Origin: Escherichia coli
GTDB taxonomy: Bacteria; Pseudomonadota; Gammaproteobacteria; Enterobacterales; Enterobacteriaceae
Direction: 5' to 3' (one strand)
Assembly (NCBI RefSeq): GCF_048403405.1
Contig: NZ_CP183129.1
Length of the DNA stretch: 64,000 nt
Shown: positions 1 through 12,507 of the stretch, piece by piece
Position numbering within the stretch: the stretch's first letter is position 1
Layout: every line of letters begins with the position of its first letter
Program-made: the position numbers and the translations under genes
Notes under the pieces: generated by a model
Database searches by the model: none
Told to the model about the DNA's origin: nothing
What the model saw: the letters and a program-made list of their open reading frames with translations, nothing else

Positions 1-627
1 AAATTGCTGATGAACGGCACGTAAAGCGGCGACATGCTCATTGCTGCGGTCGCCGGAGTTCCCCACCAGAATGGTCATTTTTCCTTCACGTTGCCGATCG
101 TTCGCCATCGTATTGAGAGAAGGGTCCATCCGCGTCGGGAAGTACAGCAGTTCTCCCCGCACCTTTGGGTGCGTTTTGGCAAAAAAGCTCAAATCGCCGC
201 GGGTGGCAAATACACAGCCGACTCGCTTTTGCGCCAGGCGACGTAGTGGGTAAAAAAGCTTATATCTCAAGCCACTGGAAAGCTCATACAGGTCTGCCCC
301 CCAGATATGCCAGAAAAACTGGCTGGGCTTAATGCCACCACTCAGCAGAGCCAGCCACAGTGTGGGATTGAACTGACCGTGGAAAAAAAATCGCTGCTGA
401 CGGTTAGCTTTTGCTTTCGCGATGACCGCTTCCGCCAGCGATTTTTTCCCAGGGAAAAATTGCACAGAAAGCGCCGGACAGCTATCACTTAAGCCGTCGT
501 CCTTGCCAACAACCATAAACTCGCGCGCGTGCTCGCTCGTCGCAGCCAGCGCGTCATTGAAAAACCGCAAAACGGTTCGGTTATGGTGAGGGATATCCGA
601 TCCCAGTACGTGAATCAGTACAGTCAT
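1..627 (-). CDS. wecF: TDP-Fuc4NAc:lipid II transferase WecF (5' part; gene continues past window start)
   Basis: Minus-strand frame reads M-T-V-L from ATG at 625-627 and ...[20 protein letters not shown] at the window edge; ATGA overlap with wzxE stop; expected position in wec cluster. Confidence 0.8.
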   Translation of the reverse strand, partial: MTVLIHVLGSDIPHHNRTVLRFFNDALAATSEHAREFMVVGKDDGLSDSCPALSVQFFPGKKSLAEAVIAKAKANRQQRFFFHGQFNPTLWLALLSGGIKPSQFFWHIWGADLYELSSGLRYKLFYPLRRLAQKRVGCVFATRGDLSFFAKTHPKVRGELLYFPTRMDPSLNTMANDRQREGKMTILVGNSGDRSNEHVAALRAVHQQF

Positions 628-1874
628 GCCCGCCTACGCCAGAGTAAAAACACGCCACAACAAAGAGAAAAATAGACGATATAGGTTGCCATATAGGCCT
701 GCGCCGCGCCCAGTGCACCATGCGCAGGGATTAGCCAGTGGGCAAATACCATCAATAAAGTGAACTGGCTGACTTCCGCCAGAATATAAAACCGCAGTGA
801 CGCTTTGGCGATCACCAGATAACCAAAGACATAAGCGCCCACTTTTAACACATCACCCACTAACTGCCAGGCAAAGAGATCGCGCATAGCGGTAAATTTA
901 TTCGACAACAGCAGCCAGATAGCAAAATCACGCAGCAACCAGACGGTAAAACTCGCCGCCGCCACTGCCGGTAAGACAAATTTCAGCGATTTAACCACTT
1001 CCCGGGTGATATCGCGCTTTTCCGTTAGCCGCGACAACGTGGGCAGCAAATATACGCTGAACGATGCCGTAATAAATTGCAGGTAGGCATCGGAAATACT
1101 ACTCACCCCTTGCCAGATCCCCACTTCATCCCAGCTATACTGCGCCGCCAGCAGTTTACGCATCATGATGTAAGCAACGGGCAAGGTCACCGACGTAATC
1201 AACGCCATGAGCGTAAATTTGCTCAACTGCCCTGCCAGGCCGTTATCCCAGCTGGGTTTCAGATAGCTTAACGGGATTGCACCACGCTTAATTAGCATGA
1301 TGACGGCAGGAATCACCACCAGCGCGGGAATCAACGCCAGCCCCAGCAACGCCCCTTCATAACCGCCCAAACGGTAACTGACGTAGTACGCGAGAACGCC
1401 AATCAGGCTGCCGACAATCAGGGATAACGCATTACCTGCGGCATCGCGAAAGCCTTTCATCAACGCCAGTAACAGGTTGCCCCAGGCAATCCCCATTTGC
1501 ACCAGCGCCACTAAACGCACCAGTCCCTGATAGTCGGTATTACCAAACAATCCCTGGCTGATTGGCGCTGCTGCCAGCACAAAAACCAGCGCCATTAGCG
1601 TAGAGAAGCCAAGTACCATCGCTGATGAAGTGCCGACCACGCGGCGCAGCTGTTGGGGATTATCATGGTACTGAGCAACGTATTTGGTTACGCCATTAAA
1701 GATGCCAGCCCCGGCAAGCACGCCGAGCACGGTAATCAACTGGCGGAAATTTGCCGCCAGCCCAAGCCCCGCCGGACCAAATGACACCGCCAGCAACTTA
1801 CCGACCAGTAACCCGGCACCAATCTTGACCAGTGTACTGGCCGCCGTCCACAAGGACGCTTTTGCCAACGACAT
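624..1874 (-). CDS. wzxE: ECA lipid III flippase WzxE
   Basis: 416-aa ORF, multi-pass hydrophobic protein matching WzxE; ATG at 1872-1874; stop overlaps wecF start. Confidence 0.9.
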   Translation of the reverse strand: MSLAKASLWTAASTLVKIGAGLLVGKLLAVSFGPAGLGLAANFRQLITVLGVLAGAGIFNGVTKYVAQYHDNPQQLRRVVGTSSAMVLGFSTLMALVFVLAAAPISQGLFGNTDYQGLVRLVALVQMGIAWGNLLLALMKGFRDAAGNALSLIVGSLIGVLAYYVSYRLGGYEGALLGLALIPALVVIPAVIMLIKRGAIPLSYLKPSWDNGLAGQLSKFTLMALITSVTLPVAYIMMRKLLAAQYSWDEVGIWQGVSSISDAYLQFITASFSVYLLPTLSRLTEKRDITREVVKSLKFVLPAVAAASFTVWLLRDFAIWLLLSNKFTAMRDLFAWQLVGDVLKVGAYVFGYLVIAKASLRFYILAEVSQFTLLMVFAHWLIPAHGALGAAQAYMATYIVYFSLCCGVFLLWRRRA

Positions 1875-1875
1875 A

Positions 1876-3006
1876 TCAGGAGAAGTAGTTCAACAAAGTC
1901 GCAATTACCGTACGCTGATTGACGGGCGACAGGTTGTAGAACAGCGGCAGGCGCAGCAGGCGCTCACTCTCTTTGGTGGTGTAGCGATCTTCACCGTGGA
2001 ACTCACCAAAGCGTTCCCCCGCAGGGCAACCGTGCAGCGGAATGTAATGGAACACCGCCATGATTTCCGCTTCTTTCAGAAAGTTAATCAACGCGCTCCG
2101 GTCATCAATATCCCGCAGTTTAATGTAGAACATATGCGCGTTCTGCACGCAGCCATCGGGAATCGACGGCAGCTCGATACGCCCGGCTTTCGCCAGAGGT
2201 GCTAACGCATCGTAGTAGTTTTGCCACAGCGCCAGACGTTGCTGATTGATACGATCTGCTGCTTCCAGTTGCGCCCACAGGTACGCAGCTTGCAGATCGG
2301 ACATCAAATAGCTGGAGCCGATATCGCGCCAGGTATATTTATCGACCTGACCACGGAAGAACTGGCTGCGGTTTGTGCCTTTTTCACGGATGATCTCGGC
2401 TCGTTCGATCAACGCTTTATCGTTAATCAGCGTCGCGCCGCCTTCACCGCCCGCCGTGTAGTTTTTGGTTTCATGGAAGCTAAAGCAGCCAATATGACCA
2501 ATGGTTCCCAGTGCACGCCCTTTGTAAGTGGACATCACGCCCTGAGCAGCATCTTCCACCACAAACAGATTATGCTTTTTCGCCAACGCCATAATGGTGT
2601 CCATTTCGCAGGCCACACCCGCGTAATGGACCGGCACGATAACGCGCGTTTTGTCGGTGATCGCTGCTTCAATCAACGTTTCGTCGATGTTCATGGTGTC
2701 CGGGCGAACATCCACAAAAACGATTTTTGCGCCACGCAGCACAAAGGCATTGGCAGTGGAGACAAAGGTGTAGCTCGGCATGATCACTTCATCGCCAGGC
2801 TGGATATCGAGCAGCAGCGCCGCCATCTCCAGCGAAGCGGTGCAGGACGGCGTCAGTAACACTTTGGCGCTGCCAAAACGTTGCTCCAGCCACTGCTGGC
2901 AGCGACGGGTAAAACCGCCATCGCCACACAGTTTGCCACTACCCATTGCCGACTGCATATAGTCGAGTTCGGTTCCCACCACCGGCGGTGCGTTAAATGG
3001 AATCAT
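1876..3006 (-). CDS. wecE: dTDP-4-keto-6-deoxy-D-glucose aminotransferase WecE
   Basis: 376-aa ORF starting MIPFNAPPVVGTELDYM; DegT/aminotransferase-like; ATG at 3004-3006. Confidence 0.92.
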   Translation of the reverse strand: MIPFNAPPVVGTELDYMQSAMGSGKLCGDGGFTRRCQQWLEQRFGSAKVLLTPSCTASLEMAALLLDIQPGDEVIMPSYTFVSTANAFVLRGAKIVFVDVRPDTMNIDETLIEAAITDKTRVIVPVHYAGVACEMDTIMALAKKHNLFVVEDAAQGVMSTYKGRALGTIGHIGCFSFHETKNYTAGGEGGATLINDKALIERAEIIREKGTNRSQFFRGQVDKYTWRDIGSSYLMSDLQAAYLWAQLEAADRINQQRLALWQNYYDALAPLAKAGRIELPSIPDGCVQNAHMFYIKLRDIDDRSALINFLKEAEIMAVFHYIPLHGCPAGERFGEFHGEDRYTTKESERLLRLPLFYNLSPVNQRTVIATLLNYFS

Positions 3007-3010
3007 GTGA

Positions 3011-3685
3011 TCACCTGTATAACCAGTACGCGGTGCTTTCTACATTCGCACCACTTTGTATGTATCGTTTTAGCGCGGCGGTGTTGCCCATTTGGGTCGC
3101 CACCCGCAAAGTTGTTTTACCGCGAGCATACGCCCAGTTTAGCGCCGTTTGCATCAGCTCAGCACCTGCACCTCGTCCAGCCAGCAGGCCAATTCGCGCA
3201 TCTGTCGCATTGAGTTCCCGTAAAGAGACATAGCCGCGAATATCGCCGGACGCCGCACGTAAAATCAGACATTGATGATCAAAGGTGCCGCGCACGGCAT
3301 TTTCAATCCACTGTGCATAAAAGCGTCCGCTGGCGTCAGGCGCATACCACGGCGCACGAAAACGGCTTTGCGCAAATGCGGCGCTGGCTAACTGACGTAA
3401 TGCGGGAATATCGGTCTCTTGTGCCACTACAGCACCACTATCACTGACATTGTTCACGGGTAGCGCCAAATCAACTTCACCTTCTACCAGGGAGAATCCC
3501 AGCTGTTGCAGGGCATCCAGTTCACCCGTATTTGATGCCGCAATTTTGGCCTGTACCCGTGACCACGGCGCTAAGGCGTCTGACGTCAGGAGCGGTGCTT
3601 CAGGCGTGATGCGCACGATGGCGCTGTTAACACCAAAGAAGGCGTTTTCCCAGGTTAGTGGCTCAATACTGGCGCGGAAGGGCAC
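3011..3685 (-). CDS. wecD: dTDP-fucosamine acetyltransferase WecD
   Basis: 224-aa ORF with GTG start at 3683-3685; C-terminal GNAT-like region; 23-nt overlap with rffH 3' end. Start choice uncertain. Confidence 0.8.
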   Translation of the reverse strand: MPFRASIEPLTWENAFFGVNSAIVRITPEAPLLTSDALAPWSRVQAKIAASNTGELDALQQLGFSLVEGEVDLALPVNNVSDSGAVVAQETDIPALRQLASAAFAQSRFRAPWYAPDASGRFYAQWIENAVRGTFDHQCLILRAASGDIRGYVSLRELNATDARIGLLAGRGAGAELMQTALNWAYARGKTTLRVATQMGNTAALKRYIQSGANVESTAYWLYR

Positions 3686-4544
3686 GAAGTAACTCCAGCA
3701 GATATTGGCCGTAGCCAGTTTTCGCCAGCGAGCTGGCGGCGCGCTTCACGCCTTCGTCATCAAGCCAGCCGTTACGCCAGGCGATCTCTTCCAGGCAGGC
3801 AATCTTAAAGCCCTGGCGTTTTTCCACCGTCTGTACAAAGGTGCTGGCTTCAATCAGGCTGTCGTGAGTGCCAGTATCCAGCCAGGCAAATCCGCGCCCG
3901 AGCAGTTCAACGGTCAGGTTGCCCGCCTCGAGGTACATCTGGTTGATGGAGGTAATCTCCAGTTCACCACGCTCCGACGGCTTCACCAGCTTTGCGTACT
4001 CCACGACTTTACTGTCGTAGAAATAAAGCCCGGTCACCGCCCAGTTTGACTTCGGCTGTTTTGGCTTTTCTTCCAGCGAGATAGCGCGGAAATTGTCGTC
4101 AAACTCCACGACGCCAAAGCGTTCCGGATCCATCACCTGATAGCCAAATACCGTCGCGCCTTGCGTGCGCGCCGCAACATGACGCAACTTCGGACTGAAG
4201 CCCTGTCCGAAGAAGATGTTATCGCCCAGCACCAGACAAGAAGGTTCACCGTTGAGGAAGGTTTCACCGATGATAAAGGCCTGCGCCAGACCGTCCGGAC
4301 TGGGCTGTTCGGCATATTCCAGCTGGATACCGAACTCACTACCATCGCCCAGCAGGCGCTGGAAATAACCTTTATCTTCCGGCGTAGTGATGATGAGAAT
4401 TTCGCGGATACCGGCCAGCATCAGCACCGACAGCGGATAGTAAATCATTGGCTTATCGTAAATCGGCAACAGTTGCTTCGATACGCCGCGCGTAATCGGA
4501 TGCAATCGGGTGCCGGAACCGCCCGCCAGGATAATACCTTTCAT
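3663..4544 (-). CDS. rffH: glucose-1-phosphate thymidylyltransferase RffH
   Basis: 293-aa [21 protein letters not shown]... (nucleotidyltransferase G-x-G-T-R motif); ATG at 4542-4544. Confidence 0.93.
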   Translation of the reverse strand: MKGIILAGGSGTRLHPITRGVSKQLLPIYDKPMIYYPLSVLMLAGIREILIITTPEDKGYFQRLLGDGSEFGIQLEYAEQPSPDGLAQAFIIGETFLNGEPSCLVLGDNIFFGQGFSPKLRHVAARTQGATVFGYQVMDPERFGVVEFDDNFRAISLEEKPKQPKSNWAVTGLYFYDSKVVEYAKLVKPSERGELEITSINQMYLEAGNLTVELLGRGFAWLDTGTHDSLIEASTFVQTVEKRQGFKIACLEEIAWRNGWLDDEGVKRAASSLAKTGYGQYLLELLRALPRQY

Positions 4545-4562
4545 GTTTGCCTCCGCTGAAAA

Positions 4563-5630
4563 TTAGCCTTTCAGACCTAAACGCTCGCCCTGATAGCTGC
4601 CGTCCTGCACCTGCTTCCACCAGCTTTCATTAGCCAGATACCACTGCACCGTTTTACGCATTCCACTTTCAAAGGTTTCCTGCGGCAGCCAGCCAAGTTC
4701 ATGGACAATTTTCGAAGCATCAATGGCATAACGCAGATCATGCCCCGGACGGTCAGCGACAAAGGTGATCAGGTCACGATAGTGCGCCACGCCGTGCGGC
4801 TTGTTCGGAGCCAGTTCTTCCAGCAGCTCGCAAATGGTTTCCACAACATCGAGATTCTTACGCTCGTTGTGACCACCAATATTATAGGTTTCACCGACTT
4901 TCCCGGTGGTCGCTACGCAATACAGCGCACGGGCGTGATCTTCAACATACAGCCAGTCACGGATTTGCTGCCCGTTGCCATATACCGGCAGCGGTTTACC
5001 CGCCAGCGCGTTGAGGATCATCAGCGGGATCAGTTTTTCCGGAAAGTGGTAAGGGCCGTAGTTATTCGAGCAGTTGGTGATAAGCGTCGGCAGACCATAG
5101 GTCCGCAGCCAGGCGCGTACCAGATGGTCGCTGCTGGCTTTTGAAGCGGAATAAGGGCTGCTCGGCGCATACGGCGTGGTTTCGGTGAAGAAATCATCCG
5201 TCGAGTGCAGGTCACCATATACTTCGTCGGTGGAAATATGATGAAAACGGAACGCTGATTTTTTATCTTCCGTCAGCGCATTCCAGTAAGTCCGCGCCGC
5301 TTCAAGCAATGTATAAGTCCCGACAATGTTGGTTTCAATAAACGCTGCCGGGCCGTCAATAGAACGGTCAACATGGCTTTCGGCTGCCAGATGCATGACA
5401 CAGTCTGGCTGATGCTCAGTGAATACGCGCGCCAGTTCTGCCCGACCGCAGATATCAACTTTCTCAAAGGCAAAGCGCTCGCTTTGCGCGACCGGTGCCA
5501 GCGACATCAGATTTCCGGCGTAGGTCAGCTTATCGACCACTATCACCGCGTCGCTCGTTTCGTTGATGATATAACGCACCAGCGCTGAGCCAATAAACCC
5601 GGCACCACCTGTTATCAGAATCTTTCTCAT
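4563..5630 (-). CDS. rffG: dTDP-glucose 4,6-dehydratase RffG
   Basis: ORF-track frame; canonical start [15 protein letters not shown] (Rossmann NAD motif) at ATG 5628-5630, 355 aa; track ORF begins at upstream TTG. Confidence 0.92.
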   Translation of the reverse strand: MRKILITGGAGFIGSALVRYIINETSDAVIVVDKLTYAGNLMSLAPVAQSERFAFEKVDICGRAELARVFTEHQPDCVMHLAAESHVDRSIDGPAAFIETNIVGTYTLLEAARTYWNALTEDKKSAFRFHHISTDEVYGDLHSTDDFFTETTPYAPSSPYSASKASSDHLVRAWLRTYGLPTLITNCSNNYGPYHFPEKLIPLMILNALAGKPLPVYGNGQQIRDWLYVEDHARALYCVATTGKVGETYNIGGHNERKNLDVVETICELLEELAPNKPHGVAHYRDLITFVADRPGHDLRYAIDASKIVHELGWLPQETFESGMRKTVQWYLANESWWKQVQDGSYQGERLGLKG

Positions 5631-6892
5631 CAGCGCCAAACTCCTTTGGCATCGACGACATACTGCTGATGGACATTGTCGCCATTGATAACTTTGAACT
5701 GACTATGATCGACCAGCATCACCAGCACGTCTGCCGTTGCCAGCGCCTCGTCAAGCTGCGCCAGTGTACAAAGCCCGGTCAGTTTTTTCGGCAACTGGTG
5801 GATGTTAGGCTCAACAACCAGCGTTTCGCCGCTGTGCCACTGGGCGATCAGTTCAGCGATTTCCATCGCCGGGCTTTCGCGCAGGTCATCAATATTCGGT
5901 TTAAACGCCAGACCAAAGCAGGCGATTTTCAGTTCACTGGCGCGTTTATCGGTAGCAGCAAGGCAGTCGGCAACCGCCGCTTTCACCTGATCGATAACCC
6001 AGAACGGTTTGTGATCGTTCACTTCGCGCGCAGTACGGATAAGCCGCGCCTGCTGGGGGTTCTGTGCCACGATAAACCACGGATCAACAGCGATGCAGTG
6101 ACCGCCCACGCCAGGGCCAGGCTGAAGAATATTGACGCGAGGGTGGCGATTCGCCAGGCGAATCAGTTCCCAGACGTTAATTCCCTGATCGGCACAAATC
6201 AGCGACAGTTCGTTAGCAAAAGCGATATTCACATCGCGGAAGCTGTTTTCGGTGAGCTTACACATTTCCGCCGTCCGCGAGTTAGTGACGACACACTCAC
6301 CTTCGAGGAAAATTTTGTACAGTTCGCTGGCGCGGGCCGAACAAACCGGCGTCATACCACCAATCACGCGATCGTTTTTAATCAGCTCGACCATTACCTG
6401 GCCCGGTAACACGCGTTCCGGGCAGTAAGCAATGTTGACGTCCGCCTGCTCGCCCACCTGCTGCGGGAAAGTGAGATCTGGACGCATCTCTGCTAACCAT
6501 TCTGCCATCTTCTCGGTTGACCCCACCGGCGAGGTGGATTCAAGGATCACCAGCGCGCCTTTTTTCAGCACTGGCGCAATGGAGCGAGCAGCCGATTCAA
6601 CGTAGGTCATATCTGGCTCATGATCGCCTTTAAACGGCGTGGGTACAGCAATCAGCCAGGCATCCGCTTCAACTGGCGTCGTGCTCGCTCGTAAAAAACC
6701 GCCTTCTACGGCAGTTTTTACTACGCTCGCCAAATCAGGTTCGACGATATGGATTTCGCCACGATTGATGGTATCAACCGCATGTTTGTTGATATCGACA
6801 CCAATCACCTGTTTTTGCCGAGAGGCAAACGCAGCTGCTGTAGGCAGCCCGATGTAACCCAGTCCGATAACAGAAATGGTCGCAAAACTCAT
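5630..6892 (-). CDS. wecC: UDP-N-acetyl-D-mannosamine dehydrogenase WecC
   Basis: 420-aa [25 protein letters not shown]...; ATG at 6890-6892; 1-nt overlap with rffG start. Confidence 0.93.
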   Translation of the reverse strand: MSFATISVIGLGYIGLPTAAAFASRQKQVIGVDINKHAVDTINRGEIHIVEPDLASVVKTAVEGGFLRASTTPVEADAWLIAVPTPFKGDHEPDMTYVESAARSIAPVLKKGALVILESTSPVGSTEKMAEWLAEMRPDLTFPQQVGEQADVNIAYCPERVLPGQVMVELIKNDRVIGGMTPVCSARASELYKIFLEGECVVTNSRTAEMCKLTENSFRDVNIAFANELSLICADQGINVWELIRLANRHPRVNILQPGPGVGGHCIAVDPWFIVAQNPQQARLIRTAREVNDHKPFWVIDQVKAAVADCLAATDKRASELKIACFGLAFKPNIDDLRESPAMEIAELIAQWHSGETLVVEPNIHQLPKKLTGLCTLAQLDEALATADVLVMLVDHSQFKVINGDNVHQQYVVDAKGVWR

Positions 6893-8019
6893 AGTGATAT
6901 CCGATTATTTTTTAACGCTTCCAGAATGCGAGAGCATGCCTGACCATCACCATACGGGTTATGGGCGCGGCTCATAGCTTGATATTCGTTTTCGTCTTTT
7001 AAAAGACGCGTCACTTCCTCGACAATTCGCTGCTTATCCGTGCCTACCAGACGCACCGTACCCGCCGTCACCGCTTCCGGACGCTCAGTGGTATCGCGCA
7101 TTACCAGCACCGGTTTCCCCAGCGAAGGCGCTTCTTCCTGAATGCCGCCTGAGTCGGTCAAAATCAGCCAGGCGTGGTTCATCAGCCAGACAAACGGTAA
7201 ATACTCCTGGGGATCGATCAGAATGACATTTTTCACGTGCCCCAGAATGCGATTGACCGGCTCTCTGACGTTCGGGTTGAGATGCACTGGATAGACAATC
7301 TGGATGTCCTGGTGCGTGGTGGCGATGTCTGCCAGCGCATGGCAGATTTCTTCAAAGCCACGACCGAAGCTCTCACGCCTGTGACCGGTCACCAGAATCA
7401 TTTTTTTATTGGGGTCGATAAACGGGTAATTTGCCGCCAGTTCTGAACGCAGCGTATCGCTGCTCATCACCTGGTCACGCACCCATAACAGTGCATCAAT
7501 AACTGTATTACCGGTAATGAAGATTCGGCTGTCAGCAACATTTTCACGCAGCAAGTTTTGCCGGGAAGTTTCGGTTGGAGAGAAGTGATACATCGCCAGA
7601 TGCCCGGTCAATGTACGGTTAGCCTCTTCCGGCCACGGCGAATAGAGATCGCCCGTGCGCAGACCAGCCTCAACGTGACCAACAGGAATACGCTGATAAA
7701 ACGCCGCCAGGCTGGTTGCCAGCGTCGTCGTAGTATCGCCGTGAACCAGCACGACGTCTGGTTTGAACTCGGCAAGAATTGGTTTTAGCCCTTCCAGAAT
7801 CCGACAGGTTATCTCTGTCAGGCCCTGTCCTGGCTGCATTATGTTGAGATCGTAGTCAGGTACAATGGAAAAGAGTTTCAGCACCTGATCGAGCATCTCC
7901 CGATGCTGCGCAGTGACGCAAACTTTAGCCTCAAAAAAAGGATCTTTTGCCAACGCATGCACCAACGGAGCCATCTTGATGGCTTCCGGGCGCGTACCAA
8001 ATACAGTCAGTACTTTCAC
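6889..8019 (-). CDS. wecB: UDP-GlcNAc 2-epimerase WecB
   Basis: ORF frame 6889-8061; canonical N-terminus (M)[19 protein letters not shown] corresponds to GTG at 8017-8019 (376 aa); upstream in-frame GTG at 8061 is the alternative. Confidence 0.88.
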   Translation of the reverse strand: MKVLTVFGTRPEAIKMAPLVHALAKDPFFEAKVCVTAQHREMLDQVLKLFSIVPDYDLNIMQPGQGLTEITCRILEGLKPILAEFKPDVVLVHGDTTTTLATSLAAFYQRIPVGHVEAGLRTGDLYSPWPEEANRTLTGHLAMYHFSPTETSRQNLLRENVADSRIFITGNTVIDALLWVRDQVMSSDTLRSELAANYPFIDPNKKMILVTGHRRESFGRGFEEICHALADIATTHQDIQIVYPVHLNPNVREPVNRILGHVKNVILIDPQEYLPFVWLMNHAWLILTDSGGIQEEAPSLGKPVLVMRDTTERPEAVTAGTVRLVGTDKQRIVEEVTRLLKDENEYQAMSRAHNPYGDGQACSRILEALKNNRISL

Positions 8020-8074
8020 ATCGATTCTCTTCGAATAAGCGGCGAGCGCCTTTGCGCTCACCGCAGCAGTGTTG

Positions 8075-9121
8075 CTATTTCGAGCAACGGCGGGTTAATG
8101 CGACACCAGCCCCGATCAGCCCCCCGACAATGCCCCACATAATCATCAGGAAGGCACGACGTGGGCTATCGCGTTTTACCGGTTCTTCCGGCGTACGCAA
8201 ATAGCGATAGGTCTGAAAACGCGGATCCAGGGTTGGACCAACATTCAGGGTGTTTAACATGGCCCGATTCTGATCATAGTCGAGATCAAAGGCCGGACCG
8301 ACGGCCTGTAAATTTTCCAGTCGAGCCTGGAGCATTGGACGCCCAAGCAGGAACATTTCTGAATCAGGCAATTCCTCGGCAGGCACATCTGTCGCACTGC
8401 GCGAAATATTATGCTGCTCAGCAATTTTCAGCGCCTGTTCAATACTGTTCATCCGGCGGTCGTAGATGGCTTTCGCCACCTCTTCCTGACGCTTCACCTG
8501 TGCTTTCATCTGGATGGTACGCGCCGCCCATGCGCCTTTCAGCTCATCATTCAGATGGCTGGCTGCACGCTGGCTGGCAAAAGCAACATACTGACGTAAC
8601 AGGTTATTAGCGTCAGGCGCGGTTTCGGCAATCAGCTTCACGCTGTCATTGATCGCGCGGGTAAAGTCTCCGGGGATAAACTGGATGTTGTTGATCATTT
8701 CATCCAGCAACGCCGCATCGGCTTTGCTGTTGCCCACCATCCGCTGCTTGTAATAGTCGGTTTGCAGCCAGAACTCTCTGCGGGTATCCCACGAGGCCAG
8801 TTGCATAACAAACTCTTTATAGGCTTCGTCCATGACCGATGGTTGGTCGGCAGAAGCCATGTTTGAACGGACATCCAGGTTACGCAAAAATTGCTGCTGT
8901 GAGTAATATCCCCCCAGCATATTCACCGTTGGACGATCGGTAATCGCCGTCGAGCTCCACTCCTGACGAGCAAAAAAAGTATACGCCAGCGCGATTAACG
9001 CAAACGCCAGCCCCATGCCAATAATCCATAGCTTCCCAGCCCACAAGGTACGAAACAACCCACGAATATCCAGTTCATTTTCAGCGTCTTCGGCCGGTTT
9101 CCCAGGCATTGGTTGTGTCAT
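8075..9121 (-). CDS. wzzE: ECA polysaccharide chain-length modulator WzzE
   Basis: 348 aa from ATG at 9119-9121 ([18 protein letters not shown]...); two predicted TM segments flanking a periplasmic domain. Confidence 0.92.
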   Translation of the reverse strand: MTQPMPGKPAEDAENELDIRGLFRTLWAGKLWIIGMGLAFALIALAYTFFARQEWSSTAITDRPTVNMLGGYYSQQQFLRNLDVRSNMASADQPSVMDEAYKEFVMQLASWDTRREFWLQTDYYKQRMVGNSKADAALLDEMINNIQFIPGDFTRAINDSVKLIAETAPDANNLLRQYVAFASQRAASHLNDELKGAWAARTIQMKAQVKRQEEVAKAIYDRRMNSIEQALKIAEQHNISRSATDVPAEELPDSEMFLLGRPMLQARLENLQAVGPAFDLDYDQNRAMLNTLNVGPTLDPRFQTYRYLRTPEEPVKRDSPRRAFLMIMWGIVGGLIGAGVALTRRCSK

Positions 9122-9132
9122 CACATCCTCAT

Positions 9133-10236
9133 TTATTTGGTTAAATTGGGGCTGCCACCACGATTTCTACGCAGTCTGCGTTTTACGCGCTTAATAAAGC
9201 GAGCAACTTTCCAGGCACGCTTAATGCAATATCCATAGAGGAAGAATGCTAGCAAAAAGAGCACCAGCATGACCCACTCCGGGACAAAATGAGAATATTC
9301 TGCCAGCACCCCAATGGAGGCGAGCAGAGCTGCGGCAAGGGTAATCAGCACAAACGCCTGGCGGGAAGTAAACCCGGCACGCATGATCAAATGGTGAATA
9401 TGCTGGCGATCAGGAGAGAACGGACTCATGCCTTTACGCAGGCGACGGTACATAATCGCCACCATATCCATTAGCGGAATGGCGATTATCCACAAAGCGG
9501 TAACCGGGCTGATGGGATGGGTTTTGCCCTGGGTCGTTTCGAGCAGGATCCAGATAACGGTAAAACCAATCAGCGTACTGCCCGCATCACCCATAAAGAC
9601 TTTGTAGCGGCGACCCAGGATACCAAGGTTAAGCATGATGTATGGCAGGATGGCGGCGATCATCGCAAAACACCAGATTGCAAGGCTGGTTTGCCCGTCG
9701 AACCACAAAATCATACCGATTGCTGCAAACGAGACGCAGGACAACCCGCCCAGCAAGCCATCAATGCCATCAACCATGTTGAACGCATTAATGGCCGCCC
9801 AGACGGCAAATAGCGTCAGGAAGTAGCCAAACGGTCCGAGCACCATCTCCCAGGAGCCAAAGATATAACCCAGGCTACTGAGATAAAGTTTGCCGAACAC
9901 CATCATAACAATGCCAACAGCGGCCTGTATGGTGGCACGGATTTTTACGCTGATATCAAAACGGTCATCCAGCGCGCCAATGAAAACAAGCACACCGGCA
10001 CAAGCGAGATAGAGAGATGCATGCGGAATATAGTAATCGACAATTCCGAACGTGAAGCAAATCCCTGCGTAGACCGAAATCCCCCCAACGAGAGGTATCA
10101 ATCCCTGGTGACGTTTGCGGAAGTTAGGTTTATCCACTAAACCGACTTTTTTTGCCACCTTACGGGCAAAAAACAGAAACAGTGTCGTGAATAAAAAAAT
10201 ACTGATGAGATCAGTACTCACTGTCAGTAAATTCAC
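9133..10236 (-). CDS. wecA: UDP-GlcNAc:undecaprenyl-phosphate GlcNAc-1-phosphate transferase WecA
   Basis: 367-aa polytopic membrane ORF MNLLTVSTDLISIF...; GTG start at 10234-10236. Confidence 0.92.
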   Translation of the reverse strand: MNLLTVSTDLISIFLFTTLFLFFARKVAKKVGLVDKPNFRKRHQGLIPLVGGISVYAGICFTFGIVDYYIPHASLYLACAGVLVFIGALDDRFDISVKIRATIQAAVGIVMMVFGKLYLSSLGYIFGSWEMVLGPFGYFLTLFAVWAAINAFNMVDGIDGLLGGLSCVSFAAIGMILWFDGQTSLAIWCFAMIAAILPYIMLNLGILGRRYKVFMGDAGSTLIGFTVIWILLETTQGKTHPISPVTALWIIAIPLMDMVAIMYRRLRKGMSPFSPDRQHIHHLIMRAGFTSRQAFVLITLAAALLASIGVLAEYSHFVPEWVMLVLFLLAFFLYGYCIKRAWKVARFIKRVKRRLRRNRGGSPNLTK

Positions 10237-10409
10237 AATGCATGCTCTCAGAGAAAAATATTAGCAGAAGTATAACCACGAAGGCCATTATTCAGAAGGG
10301 AAACTCTGCTCTGAACCCACCAACCTTGTGCAAAAAAAAACCACGTGATTCGTGTTATGCGCAATAAACAAACATAACTCGTATTTGTTATAACGCCGTT
10401 AAGATTACA

Positions 10410-10450
10410 GATATAAAAACAAAACGCCACGTAAACACGTGGCGTTTTTG
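10410..10450 (-). terminator. Rho-independent terminator downstream of rho
   Basis: 12-bp perfect stem aaaacgccacgt/acgtggcgtttt (10421-10448) followed on the minus strand by a T-run. Confidence 0.8.
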
Positions 10451-10463
10451 GCATAAGACAAAT

Positions 10464-11723
10464 TTATGAGCGTTTCATCATTTCGAAGAAATCGTCATTG
10501 GTCTTGGTCATTGCCAGTTTATTAATGAGGAATTCCATTGCATCGATTTCGCCCATCGGGTGAATGATTTTGCGCAGGATCCACATTTTCTGCAGTTCTT
10601 CCTGAGTAGTGAGCAGCTCTTCTTTACGGGTACCGGAACGGTTGTAGTCGATTGCCGGGAAGACGCGTTTTTCAGCGATCTTACGAGAGAGGTGCAGTTC
10701 CATGTTGCCTGTACCTTTAAACTCTTCGTAGATAACTTCGTCCATCTTGGAACCGGTATCGATAAGCGCGGTAGCGATGATGGTCAGGCTGCCGCCCTCT
10801 TCCACGTTACGCGCCGCACCGAAGAAGCGTTTCGGACGATGCAGGGCGTTGGCATCCACACCACCGGTCAGCACTTTACCTGACGCCGGAACAACGGTGT
10901 TGTAAGCGCGCGCCAGACGAGTGATGGAGTCGAGCAGAATGATAACGTCTTTCTTGTGCTCAACCAGGCGTTTCGCCTTCTCGATCACCATTTCCGCAAC
11001 CTGAACGTGGCGAGATGCGGGTTCGTCAAAGGTAGAAGCAACAACTTCACCTTTAACCAGACGCTGCATCTCGGTTACTTCTTCCGGACGTTCGTCGATC
11101 AGCAGAACCATCAGTACGCAATCCGGGTGGTTGTAAGCAATGCTCTGAGCAATGTTCTGCAGCAGCATGGTTTTACCGGCTTTCGGCGGTGCCACAATCA
11201 GACCACGCTGACCACGACCGATAGGTGATGCCAGATCCAGTACGCGAGCGGTTAAATCTTCCGTAGAACCGTTACCACGTTCCATACGCAGACGAGAGTT
11301 TGCGTGCAGCGGGGTTAAGTTCTCAAAGAGGATTTTGTTGCGGGCGTTTTCAGGTTTGTCGAAGTTAACTTCGTTAACTTTCAGCAGCGCAAAATAGCGT
11401 TCACCTTCTTTCGGCGGGCGAATCTTACCAGAGATGGTATCACCAGTGCGGAGGTTGAAACGGCGGATTTGGCTAGGGGAAACGTAGATGTCATCAGGAC
11501 CGGCGAGGTAGGAGCTGTCTGCGGAACGGAGGAAACCAAATCCATCCTGCAATATCTCCAGTACGCCATCACCAAAGATATCTTCGCCACTCTTTGCGTG
11601 CTGCTTCAGGATGGCAAAAATAATGTCCTGCTTACGCATACGAGCCAGGTTTTCCAGCCCCATATTTTCGCCGAGAGTGATCAGCTCAGAAACCGGCGTA
11701 TTCTTTAATTCGGTAAGATTCAT
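10464..11723 (-). CDS. rho: transcription termination factor Rho
   Basis: 419 aa from ATG at 11721-11723 ([40 protein letters not shown]...); Walker A GKTMLL; track ORF carries a 24-codon upstream extension. Confidence 0.97.
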
Positions 11724-11807
11724 AGTGGTGTGAGTTCTTAAACTTGGGGTAAATCTCGAACTTAATGTTGTGAATGGTATGGCAGGATCATCCATGCCTG
11801 TTTACGG

Positions 11808-11909
11808 TCATCGACTCATGTCTTTTCGCTGCCTGGTCACAGGAGAGTACGCAGAACTGAAACGACAAGACGGATTGAGTGACAAACCAGAAATCTGTTC
11901 ACTTCGCAT
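11808..11909 (-). CDS. rhoL: rho operon leader peptide RhoL
   Basis: 33-codon minus-strand ORF translated by hand: MRSEQISGLSLNPSCRFSSAYSPVTRQRKDMSR, immediately upstream of rho. Confidence 0.75.
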   Translation of the reverse strand: MRSEQISGLSLNPSCRFSSAYSPVTRQRKDMSR

Positions 11910-12047
11910 TAGATAAAACGGGAAGCGTTGGATATTACAAGATTCAAACTTAATAAGGTAAGTTTAATACGAAGTCAACATTAAGTTAGCATGGCTCACG
12001 CCGGGCGTCCAGTTTTTAGCGACGGGGCACCCGAACATGAAATTCCC

Positions 12048-12377
12048 TTACGCCAGATTAGCGTCGAGGAACTCTTTCAACTGACCTTTAGACAGTGCGC
12101 CCACTTTGGTTGCCGCCACTTCACCGTTTTTGAACAGTAGCAGAGTCGGGATACCGCGGATGCCATATTTCGGCGCAGTGCCAGGGTTTTGATCGATGTT
12201 CAGTTTTGCAACGGTCAGTTTGCCCTGATATTCGTCAGCGATTTCATCCAGAATCGGGGCGATCATTTTGCACGGACCGCACCACTCTGCCCAGAAATCG
12301 ACGAGGATCGCCCCGTCCGCTTTGAGTACATCCGTGTCAAAACTGTCGTCAGTCAGGTGAATAATTTTATCGCTCAT
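12048..12377 (-). CDS. trxA: thioredoxin 1
   Basis: 109 aa from ATG at 12375-12377 ([47 protein letters not shown]...); WCGPC active site. Confidence 0.97.
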
Positions 12378-12507
12378 ATTTAACTCCACAGGAATAAGCC
12401 TGGCGTGTTGGTTTCGTTGTTGGTGTAACATTAACCAACTAAAGGTTGACTTTATTTCACCGGATACGCTTTCGTAAAGCAATAGTAAGCTGATATTCTA
12501 CCACACT

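Noticed and set aside
10248-10454. 68-aa minus-strand ORF in the wecA-rho intergenic region
   Set aside because: It overlaps the rho terminator hairpin and the wec promoter region, has no SD, and is low-complexity; not credible as a gene.
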